Below are positions 39,742 to 52,462 of a DNA stretch of 64,000 nucleotides, piece by piece. The stretch spans positions 1,901 to 65,900 of IMG/VR virus record IMGVR_UViG_3300009152_000041; one strand, given 5' to 3'. The translations under genes and the position numbers were made by a program. The notes under the pieces are model-generated. The model saw nothing but the letters and a program-made list of their open reading frames with translations, did not search any database and was not told the origin of the DNA. How positions within the stretch are numbered: position 1 is the stretch's first letter; the number at the start of each line of letters is the position of its first letter. The stretch comes from a virus.

Positions 39742-42700
39742 TTAGAAAGAACCCGCTATATCGTCGTAAGGATTACGTCCTAAAGAAGGGAGGCTATTAT
39801 GCATAGTACCTTGGACATTCCCATTTGTTACTAATCCGAGCTCTACTCATAAATTGTTCCATCTTATCTTGATCTCCGTCAACCGATATATTATAAGACA
39901 TTCCTTGGCCTCCAGAAGAAATTGGAGCTTCTGGTATTTGCATTTGATTAGTTGGCATATTTTCATAAGGGTTTCCACCTGGAAGCAACGGTGGACCTGA
40001 TATGGATTGCTCATTGTGATCTTTACTCTTTACGTGACCATATACAGCTAAACCAGTAGCCAATGCTGCCACACCTGCAATCTTACCCTTGTTTCTAAAT
40101 GCTGCTTCTGCCGCTGGACCCAGCGCTCCTCTTTCTCCAAGTGGTTTCCCAGATGTAAAAAGGTCTTTTAGCATGTCGCCAATTCTTGTATACTTAGCCC
40201 CTGCTGCTGATTCTGTTGTTTCAGTAAAAGAACGAGTAACATCATCAATTAAATCTTCTCCTCCAGCAGCTCTTCTTTGCCCCTCTAAAACTTCGCGTGT
40301 TCTTTCTTCAAGTGATCTAATCCTTGGAAAATCTACATCAGCACCTTCTGCTGCGACCTCTGCAATGTTTTGCATTTCTTCTGTGCCAGCAAATTTTAGT
40401 GCCCTATATCTTGCTTGAATGCGTTCCAATCTTTTAATATACTTTTCGCCCTCTTCGATATCTTTAAATCTTCCAACTATTAATCTTCTTGATTGCTCTT
40501 GAGTATCGCTATCTGTCACAGATAGGGCTAAAAGATCTTCTATAAAAGCTTGATCCAAATCTGCTTGTCCGCCACCTGTAAGCCTTCCAGCTACTCTCAT
40601 TCTTTCTATCACTTGCTCAACACTTTGTTGGCCCTCTCCTCTAACTATACTAGGAGTTGTAAGAAGTCTTCCTGATTCTTCTGATGTTTCTGATGCGTAA
40701 TCAAATGCTCCTATTTGCTCAAAAAACTCTCTTGACAAAACATCTTCGCCATCTCTAATAGTTTTAACATCTTCAATTCCAGCAAGTTCTCTTAATATAT
40801 TAACAACATTTTCAGTTTCAGATTTTGCATTGTTTACCGAGGTTCTTGCTATGATATTTTCATTTCTTGAATAACTATATAATCTATTTAAACTTACTTG
40901 TCTTGCTTCACCTTCTGCTGCATCTATGGATATCATGAGTGCTGCATTTTCTGTTTCTAAGGCTTCTCTCATATACCTAGCAAGTACTAGTTCGTCTGCG
41001 TTATCTGACGCTGACAAATTTTCAATTCTTGTGTCTAACGCTCTCATTAACTCCGTTAACCTAATATCTCCATTAGCTTGAGATTGGAATGAGGTATTGA
41101 TCGTTGCCGCAATACTGTCTATTGATTGCTGTTTGGCCATTCTTAATTCATCAAGTGCTGCAGCAATTGATGCTTCAGGATTTACGCTAAATCTTCCTTC
41201 GTCTAAAATTTTTGCCTTCACGAGAGCGTGATATAGCTCATCATTAGTTCTAAGAGTATCTACTTTATCTAATTTTCCTAATAAAAATTCATTATCACTA
41301 ATAACCTTAGCGGGATTGGGTAATCCAATATCTCTACTTAAATTAGAAAGTATTTCATTATTCATTGAATCTACAGTGCTCGTTAACATACCTTCGCTTA
41401 TAGCACTGCGCGTTCCTTGATTAAACGCATCTCTATATTTAAATGTAAGTCTTTGCATTAGTTTTGCTTCGTCGGGCAAAGATGCTATTCCATAGGTTTC
41501 TGCTGCTTCTCCTGTTAGTTGCATTTCGTTAAGCAACATTGCCTTTTTTCGAACTCCACTAATTTTCCTTCCACTAATGTCTGTTGCTGAAAGAATACCT
41601 TCTAATCTAGCTATGGTATCCTGTACTGTTTTTACTGCTTCTGGACTTGCACTGTCGCCAATATCTCGTAGCGCATTTCTGTAACCAAATAAAGCGCTCT
41701 GTATAGTTTTATCTATTGTTTCTATGTGAGAACTTAATTTTGTATCTGAAACTAATCTATCAAATCCTGCTAATTGATCTCCTGTTTGACCTAACAAAAT
41801 TTGAGTTGCCCTTAATTCTCCTGTCATTGCCGCTGTTTGCATAACCATATTTTCTGCAACGTTTTGAGTAGCAACATCTATTAATCCAGTTAATCTTCCA
41901 GTGTAACTTTTATCAGCTGCTAATCTTTCAAAAGCTGCAAAATGCGCTGATCTAGAACTGGCAAAAGTTTCAGCCCACTGTGCTGCGTCTTGAGATTTAT
42001 CGAACTCAGCATACAGGGCAGAAAATGCAGTTCTATTTTCCGCAGTGCCGCCCAATAAACTATATACAGATCTGTTAACCGCATTTCTAACTTCTGCTTC
42101 ACTGAGTACCCCTCCAGCTTGAGCGTGGAAAATCCTTACTGATTCATACATATCTTCTAATGATCCACCAAAACTTAAAGTACTACTACCACCAAGAGAC
42201 GGGTCAATTGCAGCTTCTGGGTTAAATATTGGAATTAATCTTGACCTCATTCCATTTGCAATATCAGTATACCCTTCAGCTTCTAGCTTAGCTAGAACAT
42301 CTAATCTTTGCCTTTCTGTTGAGGCTGACCAACCAAGAGTGTTTACATAAGAACCAAGTCCATTTTCCGCACCAAGTCCACCAAGAGCTGTTCTTTGATG
42401 CAACTTTGCTACCGCATCATAAGCTGCATTGTATGATTCAGATCCAAGAGTTCCTGTGTCTCCTAGGAGTTTTGCTGATGCTCTATATGCTATTTCTGAA
42501 TCAGACATAGCTCTTCCACTTGCGGTTCTTAATTTTGCTGCTGCGGCCTCGTATGTTCCAGCTCCAAATCTTTTTTCGTATATCCCAAATATTTCAGAAT
42601 TAAACTTAGCGTCTTCAGCGATTGCTACGTTTGCGTCAAACAACTTTACAAATTGACTTTGACGATATTGAGATCCGATAGCAGTACCCTTACTTAATTG

Positions 42701-45662
42701 TTCAGCTATTTCTTCTTCAGTCATAGTTAGTAGTGATCCACCTTGCCCTGGCTTAAGTCTAGAAACTAGACCTTGATCTAATTCTGTTATATTTAAGAAA
42801 TCTTTATCAGCCAAACCGTAACGACCATTTAACTTAGCTAAAGAAATACTTCTTTTGCCATAATTAAATCCGTTCCTTCCCACCTTCTCCAACTCTAAGC
42901 AAACTAACTATTGCTTTTTCAACCTCTTCTTGCTGCATACCAACTGGCTTATACATATTTGCTGCTTTTGTATTTCCATTAACTAAAGAATTAATATATT
43001 TAATTATTTTTTCTTCGTTACTTAAATTTGCTATTTCCTCAGCGCTGGCTGGATTTGCAACAGTTGAGATTCTACCAAACTTATCCATTGATATTTCTTC
43101 GGATACTGCATCGGTTAGTCTTCTGAATCTGTCGCCCATTAAGTTGTCTGAGCCAAAAGTTCTTCTTATTGTAGCGTCATCTAAAACTGGTGCCATGAGT
43201 GCAAATTCTTGAGGTCCAGTTGGTTGACGCCATGCAAATGAAACTAACCTTCTATTGTTTTCACTATCTGTTACATAATGTAAATTTGTTATAAATTTGT
43301 CGTCCAAGTCAAAACCACCAGCAGATTCATATATACCCAATCCAGCAGCAGAAGCTCTATCTCCAACTATCATTTTATGTCCGCCTTCACCAGCAAATCT
43401 ATATCTAAACATATCTAACTCTTGCCCACCCTTTAAAGATATATTTGCTTTTGTAGAAAACTCAGCCCCAGCTTCACCTATTACTGGAGATTGACCAGCT
43501 GTTCCATATCTAAATTCTGTATCAATTGCGCTTCTATTGCTGAATGGTAAACTTGGTAATGATAAACTCTCAGTAACTTCTCTGCCATTAGCGCCTATTG
43601 TGCGATACTGTTTAGCAATGCCTCTGTAATGCTCCCTGGCCGATATATCTACTATTTGGTTTGCTAATTCAGGAATGTTTCTTGGATTTTCTCCACTTAA
43701 TAATCTGGACTGCAATTGCAGTGCGTTGTCTCTATATCTTGCTGCATTAGAATATGATTTAAAATGAAGATTTTCCCAATCATCAACATTTATAGATGCC
43801 GCTCTGTCTATACTTCTTTTAACTCTAGATGTTATAGTTCCACTAGTTTTAAATTGTTCTAAATCAGATTCAAGGAATTGTCTAGTTTTTCTTACTTCTT
43901 TTGCTAATTGAGATCCATAAACTTCACGATGGAATATTAAACCTTGTAAGTCGGCAACGACTGCTTCATTAGGGCGACCAGAAAACATAGACATTGTTAC
44001 GGCTTGTCCAGCGCCAGGACTTAATCCTTGAGCTGCTGCTCTACCAAGTGTTACTTCACCTTTTAAAAGCTCATTTGAGCCAGCTCCAATATACCCAAGT
44101 TTAGCTAAAGCTCTAGTTACGTCTGTATCCATTATATCCGCTACTGCTTTTGCTTGACCTATATCTCCTTCCATTAACACTCTCAAAGTTTGATCATCTA
44201 AAGATTTTATTTTTCCAGATGGATCAACAAATTGAGATAGTTGTTTTTTCCATTCTGTAACGCTAGCTTTTAATTTTTGCGCAGATGCTGGATCAAGACT
44301 AGACATTCTTTCTGGCAGCAGCTGCGCTTGAGCGTTGTCTATTTTTGCTGTTAATTCTTCTGCGTGGTGTCTAAAGAAATCAACGCCCATTACTGACGAA
44401 CCGTCTGTTATTCTTTTCATTTCATCAAATGAAGTTGCCATTCTTCGATATACAGCTCTATCTGCATCTGATAGTGTAGTGTCTTTAGCTTTTTCTGAAA
44501 TTAAACTAGTTAAGTCTTTAAGCCTAAATGGATTTCCTTCTGTTCTAGACTTTTCAAATGATTGTCTAACTAATTGACCAAACTTTTCATAATTTTCCTC
44601 ACCACCCATGTAGGCTTTCAATGTTCCAGATAGATAATCTTGGGACAATGAACCCATTATTATATTAGTACCTTGGCGCTGTCTTTGCATTGCTAATCGT
44701 TCAACTGGATCACTTATTGATTTCAATAAACTATCCGTGTATTCTGATTCTAAGCCAAATCCTTTTAGGACTGTTTCTAGTCTACCATCATAGGTTAACC
44801 AACTTTGACTCAATGTCATTGGAGAAGCTCCAGCAAACTCCTCTGTCATCTCTGTACCTATTCTATTCAAAATTGTATCAACATCATCTTGACCAACTAC
44901 AAAGTTTCTACCACTAGTAGATGCTGTTATTCTTTTATCTGATTTTTGAAAAAATGATCCAACTTTAAATTCTGCTGGAGTATCAAGATCTGGATCAAAG
45001 GCTTTTACTATTGCTGATGGATTAAAGAATCCAGCTTTATATCTATTGGTTAAAGATATAGCCTCTTCGCCAGTTAAGTACGCATACTTACCAGGTTCAG
45101 TCTCATACCTAAAACTAAGCATTGTTGCGCTTCCGTCTCTTACTGAAACTAATCCTGGTGCTAAATCGTTTTCCCCTACTTTGTGCCCCATTAGTGCAGC
45201 AATATTATCAAATGCTCCACGAGTACTTTCGTCTACTCCAGAAAAATTAAATTTGACCATTTCCAATTGCTTACCAGCTGGTATAAAATCAAGATCACTA
45301 CTTCTAGTTCCTGATAGCCCAAAGTTAATATTAGAAATCATTTCACTAAGAACTTTATTTTCTTCTAAAGCTGGAAAATCTATTCCTGGAATACCAGTAA
45401 ATACTGCCATTTCTTCTGCTCGCGTAGCTCTTATATTAGATAGCGCTTCTCTTACTGTAGATCCAGCGACCTCTCCAGTAATGCTAGAAAGTAGCTCATT
45501 GCCTGGACCTAATCTAGCAAGACCTTTTTGTACTACATCTGAGCTTTCTAATAACGCTCGCGATAAATGTCTACTCTCTTTTCCAACAAATGACATTGGA
45601 TTTGCCCTATAAGGACCATAAGCCAAATCTCTAAGTCTTTGATAGTCTGAAACTTTAGCCAT
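39742..45662 (-). CDS. giant alpha-helical virion protein, about 1972 aa; joins track ORFs 42864-45662 and 39797-42892 plus a 3' extension, with +1 shifts at CGG 42870-42872 and CGG 39836-39838
   Basis: Site 1: GAA CGG ATT TAA in the 0 frame, TTT AAT TAT GGC AAA... (FNYGKRS) in the +1 frame. Site 2: GCT CGG ATT AGT... TAA in the 0 frame, TTA GTA ACA AAT GGG... (LVTNGNVQGTMHNSLPSLGRNPYDDIAGSF*) in the +1 frame. The new stop at 39742-39744 leaves a 26-nt gap with an SD before the next ATG. TM helix GKIAGVAALATGLAVYG near the C-terminus. 5921 nt minus 2 equals 3 x 1973. Confidence 0.65.
39835..39838 (-). other. recoding site: in-frame CGG(A) at the 0 -> +1 frame transition
   Basis: CGG is codon 1019 of ORF 39797-42892. 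The 0-frame tail ISNKWECPRYYA* looks non-native. The +1 tail has the local composition. Confidence 0.55.
42869..42872 (-). other. recoding site: in-frame CGG(A) at the 0 -> +1 frame transition
   Basis: CGG is codon 931 of 932. The 0-frame TAA lies 1 codon downstream. The downstream ORF has only a TTG start with no SD. Confidence 0.6.
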
Positions 45663-48600
45663 TATCTAACTCCAGCCATAATATTTACAGAACCAGGATT
45701 AGTGTTATTCATAGTTGGAGATATGTTTCCATTTATTCCCATATCAAACATAAGTCTTTGTAATTTAGATCTAACATCTTCTGCAGAAGAATTACTTTGC
45801 CCAAACTTTGGGTAACTAGGATTAACCAAGTTTGCTTCTTTTACTTGTTGTGGGAAGAAACCCATTTGTGACATTTCAAGACCCATTGACTGACCCATTT
45901 TTATCTTTACGTGTTCCATATTTGTATTTGGATGCCATATTTCAGAACCAGCAGCAGGTAGTTCATGCCTAGTGAAGTAATTAACCAAATCTGGTTTTCT
46001 CTCTACCGGCATACCCCAAGCGGCTTCGTAAATTCTTCTTTCTAATCTTCCAGCAGTAGAAAGTATCCTTCCTCTTTCTTCTTCTGGAGCTTCGATCATT
46101 GCTTTAAAGTGATCTCTTTTTCTTTTAGGAATTGATGCTGCTAATTGGCTAATTGATTTACTGTCTAAATCTGCTCCATACATTGTTCTTTTACTTGCAG
46201 CCATAAACTGTTTAGCAGATTCTATGTCGCCAATTCTTTCAGCTCTTGATGCGGCTGTTCTGTTTTTAACATAAGTTAAAATATCTGTATATTCTTCGAG
46301 TGCTAATTCTTTCTTTCTTTGTAAAGGTATGAATCTTTCTCTTTGACCACTAGGACCTATTGGTCTGGTTTGCTCTTTTGCTTTTCTAAAAGCAGAATAA
46401 CCACCTACTGTAGTTGCACCGAATGCAGCTAAGCCCTTTATCATTCTTCTAGAGTTACCAAAAGCTCCAAAGGCTATAGCTCCAACACCAGCAGCTATAA
46501 GAGGATTTCTTTGTGTACCTTTTGCATAAATTGGTTTAATAAAGCTTTCAACTGGTCTTTGCCATTCCGGAAATGTGGAACCATAAACGTTTCTTCTTTC
46601 CCAATCTTCGGTAGCGGTTCTTTCTCCAAAAAATTTATTATTAATAAAGTTGTCAGTGTGTCTAAGTTTATTGGTTATAGTTGAAAAAGGATTTAAAACT
46701 TTTTTAGCAGTGGAGGAATTGTCGTAGGGACTAAAGCCAGTCTTACTATCTTCTATTGCATTTAATTGGGCTCTAATCTTACCAACTTTAGCTATCTCTT
46801 GTTCCGAGAGACCTATTTTATCTATACTTCTATTAAGGGCTCTAAACTCTTTTGAATATGGCGCGACATCAGCCAATATATCTAATTGATTAACTGCACC
46901 ATATCTTCCATTTTTATCAGAATATAATTTATTAAATCTTTCATAGCCAACACCAGGTAACCTTAGTTCACCTTCTTTTACTTTTGTAAAAGGATCACCT
47001 GTAGTAAAGTCTATAAAGTTATCATTTCCTGGAAGGAATGTATTTTCTCTTCCCATCCTATTTTTAATAGGGTTAATAAAATTAACATTTGTTCTTTCTT
47101 TTGGAACAAATCTTCTTACAACTTCAGATATTTCTATATTACCTAACGCGCCATCAGACTGAAGAGGTAAGTCACCTAAACCTCCAATGTTAAGATCCCA
47201 GAAAGCTCTAGTTGAACCATAAGCTTTGGAGGCTGATTGAAGTACTGATTTATTTGGTTCAAAGTCATACTCTCCAAGACCTAAACCTTTTCTAATATTA
47301 CCAGCTGCAAAACCATAGATACCAAGAGTTTCCTGAAGTCTATATCCAGCTTCACCGCCTAAATATTTTCCACTAGTAGTTCTAATAGGCAACCCAGCGT
47401 TGACAATCTTTGCTGGCATTATTCCAGGTCCAGCTGGAGGACCATATACTATACCCTGGCCGTTGATTGCTGATTGATTCATACTGCTAGCAGCAGCTCT
47501 TACCATACCCGCTGCTGTATTGGTTGAACCAGATTGTTGAGAAAGATTACGATTTGAATTAGCTATTAAACCATTTCCGCCACTAACACTTGCTATGTTA
47601 GATGGTATTGGCCCTGGCATTGCGTTGACTGGGGAAATAAACTTTAATGGTTTCCCACCAAACTTACTTGGTTGAACTGCTGCGTAACTTATATTTGGAT
47701 CTTGATTTCCAACAACGCCAGTATAACCCCTTTGTTCTTGCGGCATGTAAGCTCCACCGGCTCCAACAGGTGAATAAGAAGCTAGTCCAGCAAGAACTTC
47801 TTGTTCATGCATTCTCTTTTGCGGTTTAAGTATTTTACCTACAGTAGCGTTAAGTATTGGTACAGCTATACCAAATGGACCAGAAAAATATTCTCCAGTT
47901 ATTGGATATGGCCTATCTTCGTAATGTTTTCTTTCAAATCTATATGGATCAATTGGCCTTAGTGGAGAAAAGTCATTATAGAACATCAACTTTTCCATTG
48001 GACTTCCGTAAGTGTCGGAAGTGAACATTGCTCCACCCTGGAACCTTCTATACCAAGAAGGTCTAAAGTACTCTATTTTTCCACCTTCAAATTTTGTTGT
48101 GCCTAAAGACCAGAATCTACCTTTTCTTATAGCTACTTCTCCATGAAGCATCTGCTCTTTCTTTTGGCGATACGTCATTCCACCTGGAGTTAAACCAGCT
48201 AATGCAGATTGAGCTTCTACACCAGCTCTAGCTACTCCTCCAAGCAACATTGGAGAATATACTCTTTCACCTCTGTCGTCTTTCTTATTAGCGTAACCAC
48301 CAGCTGTTCTATCTACAGCTAAAACTGTTGCTCCAATTGCTACAGCTGGAAGAACTCTTTCAGCGTTCATTCCTCTCATGTATAAATCTAATGGACCATA
48401 AAAATGGTCTGCGTCTAATTTTGCGCCAACTGAACCAAAGAATTTATTTAATCTATTAAAACCATGAGAAACTGGAACCGAAGCTAAAGAAAAACCTTTT
48501 TCATTTCCATAAGTATGCACACCAGATGCGCTTAAGAATGCCGCTTTTCTTCCACCTTCTCTTTCTGCTGCGGTTGAAAAAGTTGGTATATAACTAAAGC

Positions 48601-51600
48601 CTGCATCTTTTTGACCAGAAAATGCAGATACTTTTGCTTCTGGAACGTACTTGCCCATTCCAAAGTTTTTCTTAAAATAAGGATGAATTTTGCCTAATGG
48701 GTTTAAAGAACTTGTGGAAGCACTTACTGAAGTTCCAGAAGTAAATGGATCTAATGAAGATGAAACTGTTCCATGGTTTAATATTTCTCTAGATCTTAAA
48801 AATCTCTCTAACGGATTTCCTATTACTCCGTTCTTAACCCCTCTTCCAAATTGATAAGTTTCAAAAGCTCCTAAGTTAAATATATTTCCAGCAACTGCAG
48901 CTTGTGCTTCTGCCTTTTCTGAACTTGATATTACTCCCTTAGAAACTAAATCATCAATTGCGCCAATTACTTCTTGTATCGTTGACGCGCTGTCTGGCGC
49001 GTTGAGACCGTGTCTTTGTGTAAGATATCTTATAACTTCAGATCTATATTCATCAGCTCTAGAAACAATACTTGATGAATGTTCGAACATTTGAGATTGA
49101 GCAGAAAAGTCATTTATGCCTTCAAATTTTCTTAATCTACTAAATGCTTTTCTAGTACTCTTGTATGCTTCTTGTGCTTGTTTGTCGTGTCCAGCGGCTT
49201 TAAATAGATTTTCTAGATCTTTTTCAAACATCTTATTAACGCTGCGCACACCGACTACATCACTAACGCCCATAATTGCACTATTTAGATCTGCACTATT
49301 TAAAGAAGTGGCTTTTCCTAGTGCACTATTGTCTAATAAGTGTTGTGCAACTTTTCTACTTGTTCCAAAGTTTGTTGTAGTGTTAGCAAATCTAGTAAAT
49401 GATTCCATTAATTGACTATGATTTGCTATTAGTTTATCTGTTTCGTGATCAAATAAACTAAATGCTTCTGTTTTAGCATCCTGTCTGAGAACTAATTTTT
49501 TAGATTTACCAACTCCGCCAATCGTAAATGGTGTATCTAATTCACTCTTTAATAAACCGCCCATCACGGCTTCGTTATTTATATCAGCTTGTCTATTTAC
49601 TAACCTGCCAAAAAATCTAAATAAAGAATTTTCTTGTTCGGTATCGTAATCTAATCTTTCTTTTACTTTGCCTAAAAATCCTGTTGCCGTACGTGATTGT
49701 GTAACTCTTTTTCCAGCTGCTAGTTCAGCTGTAGTTGCAATCATTCCAGAAGAATTTACTGGAAGTGGTCTATAAGACCCTGCCATTGCTTGTGCTGTAA
49801 CGGGACCTTCAGCTGTAGCAGTGTGTGCAAAAAGTTTTCCTTTTGTTCCTAAAAATCCCCCAGTGCTATGCCAAGTGTAGAAGTCAGCTTCAGCTCCATC
49901 TAAGAATGGATGCATTGCCCTACCTGGTGTTAGCTGAAAACTTCCAGCTTTAGACATTCCAATGAAGTCTTTGAGACCAAACATCTGCAATGGGTTTACG
50001 TTAATTACTGGAATTTTTGTTTCAGTTCCAATAACTTCTAAAGCTTTTCTAGCTCCAGTTTTAATTGGGTTAAAGTTTACTGTAGTTCCACCAATGTTAA
50101 AATAGCCTCTAACATCACTTAATGTTTGGCCGTGTCTTTCAAGAGCACCTATTCCAAGCGTTCTAACTAATTCTGCTTTTTTTCCAACTATTAGATTTTG
50201 AGTTGCAGTAGATGAACCAGCGCCTTTTCCTAAAACGCTAGTTAATCTTCCATGAATTTTTTCTTCTTGATCTAAGAAACTATCAAGCTTTAACCCAGAA
50301 AGACCAAAGAATCCCGCTATGCCAGAACTAGATGTTTCTTTCATTGCGTTATTATTTATTAAGTAAGCTCTTAATTGCGCTGGATTATTAGGATCTATTC
50401 CTCTTAATCTTAGTTCGTTAAATATACTTTCTTGAGTACCATTGGTGTTGATTCCTAAAATATTTGCTGCGCGTGTTGTCAAAGTTCTTTGCGCTTGAGC
50501 CCCATTGTTTTCTGTAAAAGATTTATTTAAAAAATCTCCTCTAAATAATTTTGCTGGTGACAACACTGATGTAGAAGCAGCGTCTTGAAAAGCGCCTCCA
50601 ATAGAGTTTCTATAAGCATCGATTGCTAAATCATCTGCGCCAAGCAAAGGATTCTGCATAAACAATTGATCGACCGATCCAATTGATCCAGATAATTGAT
50701 CTCCAGTTATTGATATGTTACGTCCAGAAGCAACTTTGCTTGAGTTAAACCTATCTATAATGTCTTGAAAAAATGTTTCACCATTTTGCAATCTTTCGCT
50801 ACCAGCAATAGAAATTCTGTTAACTGGAGCAACTGGTAAATAATTACCATTAAGGTCGGTCTTTACGGCTCTTTCGGATATATCTAAATTATTTGTAAAG
50901 AATTTTGCCGCCTTCTTATCCATCCCATGGTCTGTAACTAAAGATTGAGTTAATCTATCTTTATACTCTTTTTGATGAAGTAGGTAAGAAATATTTTCTT
51001 TACTTGTTTGTTTATTATATTGTTGAACTAAATTAGATAGTGGTGAAGTTCTTCTAAGTTGAATCTTGTCTATTGATGATCTTATTATTTCGTTTACTGG
51101 TTGGTCAGAAGAATTAACACCTAGTTTATTTACCCTTCTAATATCATCTTTGATTACATTGAATCTTGAGTTTAGATTGTTTGTATCAATAATTTCTTGT
51201 GCGTAACCTAAGTTTTTATATTCTTTATAACCTTGTATTAAACCTTGCCTTACGGCTTTATAACCAGGTATAAGTTCAAGTAAATCTCGATTTTGAGTAA
51301 TGCCTACATTGTTCTTATTGTAAATGTCTCTAGCTAAATTTGTTCCAGTTTTTAACCTAGAAGATACTGTTGCTGGTGCGGTTACAGCTCCATGTCTTTG
51401 TCTGTACAAAGTTCCAACTGGATTATTATCAGTTCCACTTGCCCCTAAGAATGCGGATGCTAAAGCACCTGAAGATCTTTCTCCAAATTTAACACTCTTA
51501 TCAAATACAGAAGCTAAATCATGACCAACTTCTTGAAGGGCACCTTGTAGGTTTAATCCTCTTCTAAATATTTGTTCTTTAAAATTACCTACAGTTTGTG

Positions 51601-52446
51601 CTGCTCCGCGTTCAACTTGATCTTGTATTCTTTGTTCTGCGGTTTTAAAGAAATTTATTGAACTACCTTTTGCTGCGCCTGCTGCAGCAGCAGGTAGCAT
51701 AAAGCCACCCATTTGAAATAGTGTTGTTTTAGCTAAGTCTTTGGCTAGGTCTATTCCCCTAGTTGGGTCATACCATTTCTTTTTTGGGCCACCATCTTCC
51801 TCTGCGCCACCAAATAAAGGCTTAGTTATAAATTTATCTGCTGCGTAAAAAGCTGGAACTTCATAAGGAAGTCTTCTAGCCTGTCTAACTAACCTTTGCT
51901 GGAAATCATCACGCCATGCCCACTTGCCTACTTTAGATAAACTACCTCTGCTTACAACAGAATCAATGCCCTCTCTCTCAAAAGAATACCCTGCATTGAC
52001 TACGCTTTTTGCGCCGTCGTAACCAGTTTCATACATGCCTTTTACGGATGTACCATTTACAACTGATTCAAATACTAAACTCTTTCTTCCAGCTGCACTT
52101 CTAGATACACCTTCTAGCTCATCTAGAATGGACCTCATCTTTAAGAGTCCACTGTGTGCTTTTGTTATAGCACTTGTTCTTCCAGCAGCCTCTATTTCCC
52201 CAGCGGCTTGCGTTAACTTATATCCGAAGCTTTAGTCCCTGACCTCTAACTAACTTACCTGCAACTGTTGCAGCAACTCCTGTTGCAACTAGGGCAGCGC
52301 CCATCTTTAGCATTGGGTTGCCATCTAGAGCTCTTGATACAAAACCAGAGTCTGGGCTTAAACCATTTTCTTGATTTTGTCCGACCAAGATCTCGGGAGG
52401 TTACATTGTGACCAATATTGTGAATTGGTCCATTGTCTCTTAACAT
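45662..52446 (-). CDS. giant membrane-active virion protein, about 2260 aa (tape-measure/ejection-like); start at ATG 52446, with +1 shifts at CGG 52381-52383 and CGG 52224-52226
   Basis: Only the ATG at 52446 has a strong SD (AAGGGGGTGAAAAATG). The track start at 52138 has none, and its frame is open upstream to 52231. Reading MLRDNGPIHNIGHNVTSRDLG-CGG-QNQENGLSPDSGFVSRALDGNPMLKMGAALVATGVAATVAGKLVRGQGLKL-CGG-YKLTQAAGEIEAAGRTSAITKAHSGLLKMRSILDELEG... gives one ORF. 6785 nt minus 2 equals 3 x 2261. Several Gly/Ala-rich TM-like segments. Confidence 0.65.
52223..52226 (-). other. recoding site: in-frame CGG(A) at the 0 -> +1 frame transition
   Basis: The permissible shift window is only 4 codons (AAG CTT CGG ATA TAA), bounded by a +1-frame TAA upstream and a 0-frame TAA downstream. 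Confidence 0.6.
52380..52383 (-). other. recoding site: in-frame CGG(A) at the 0 -> +1 frame transition
   Basis: CGG is codon 22 from ATG 52446. Continuing in the 0 frame gives a Cys/Arg/Trp-rich 63-aa product (track ORF 52255-52446) unlike any neighbour. The +1 frame gives a TM helix. Confidence 0.5.
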
Positions 52447-52462
52447 TTTTCACCCCCTTATT

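Noticed and set aside
52255-52446. 63-aa Cys/Arg/Trp-rich ORF that could be mistaken for a small zinc-ribbon-like protein.
   Set aside because: Only its first 21 codons look native. After the in-frame CGG its composition is unlike any neighbour. The +1 frame gives a TM helix and joins the giant ORF. It is best explained as the unshifted read-through frame.
27845-52446. Virion RNA polymerase (N4- or crAss-like) hidden in the giant proteins.
   Set aside because: I could not find T7-like motifs A-C or a DxDGD two-barrel motif by eye. Composition and the Gly/Ala zippers fit structural or ejection proteins better.
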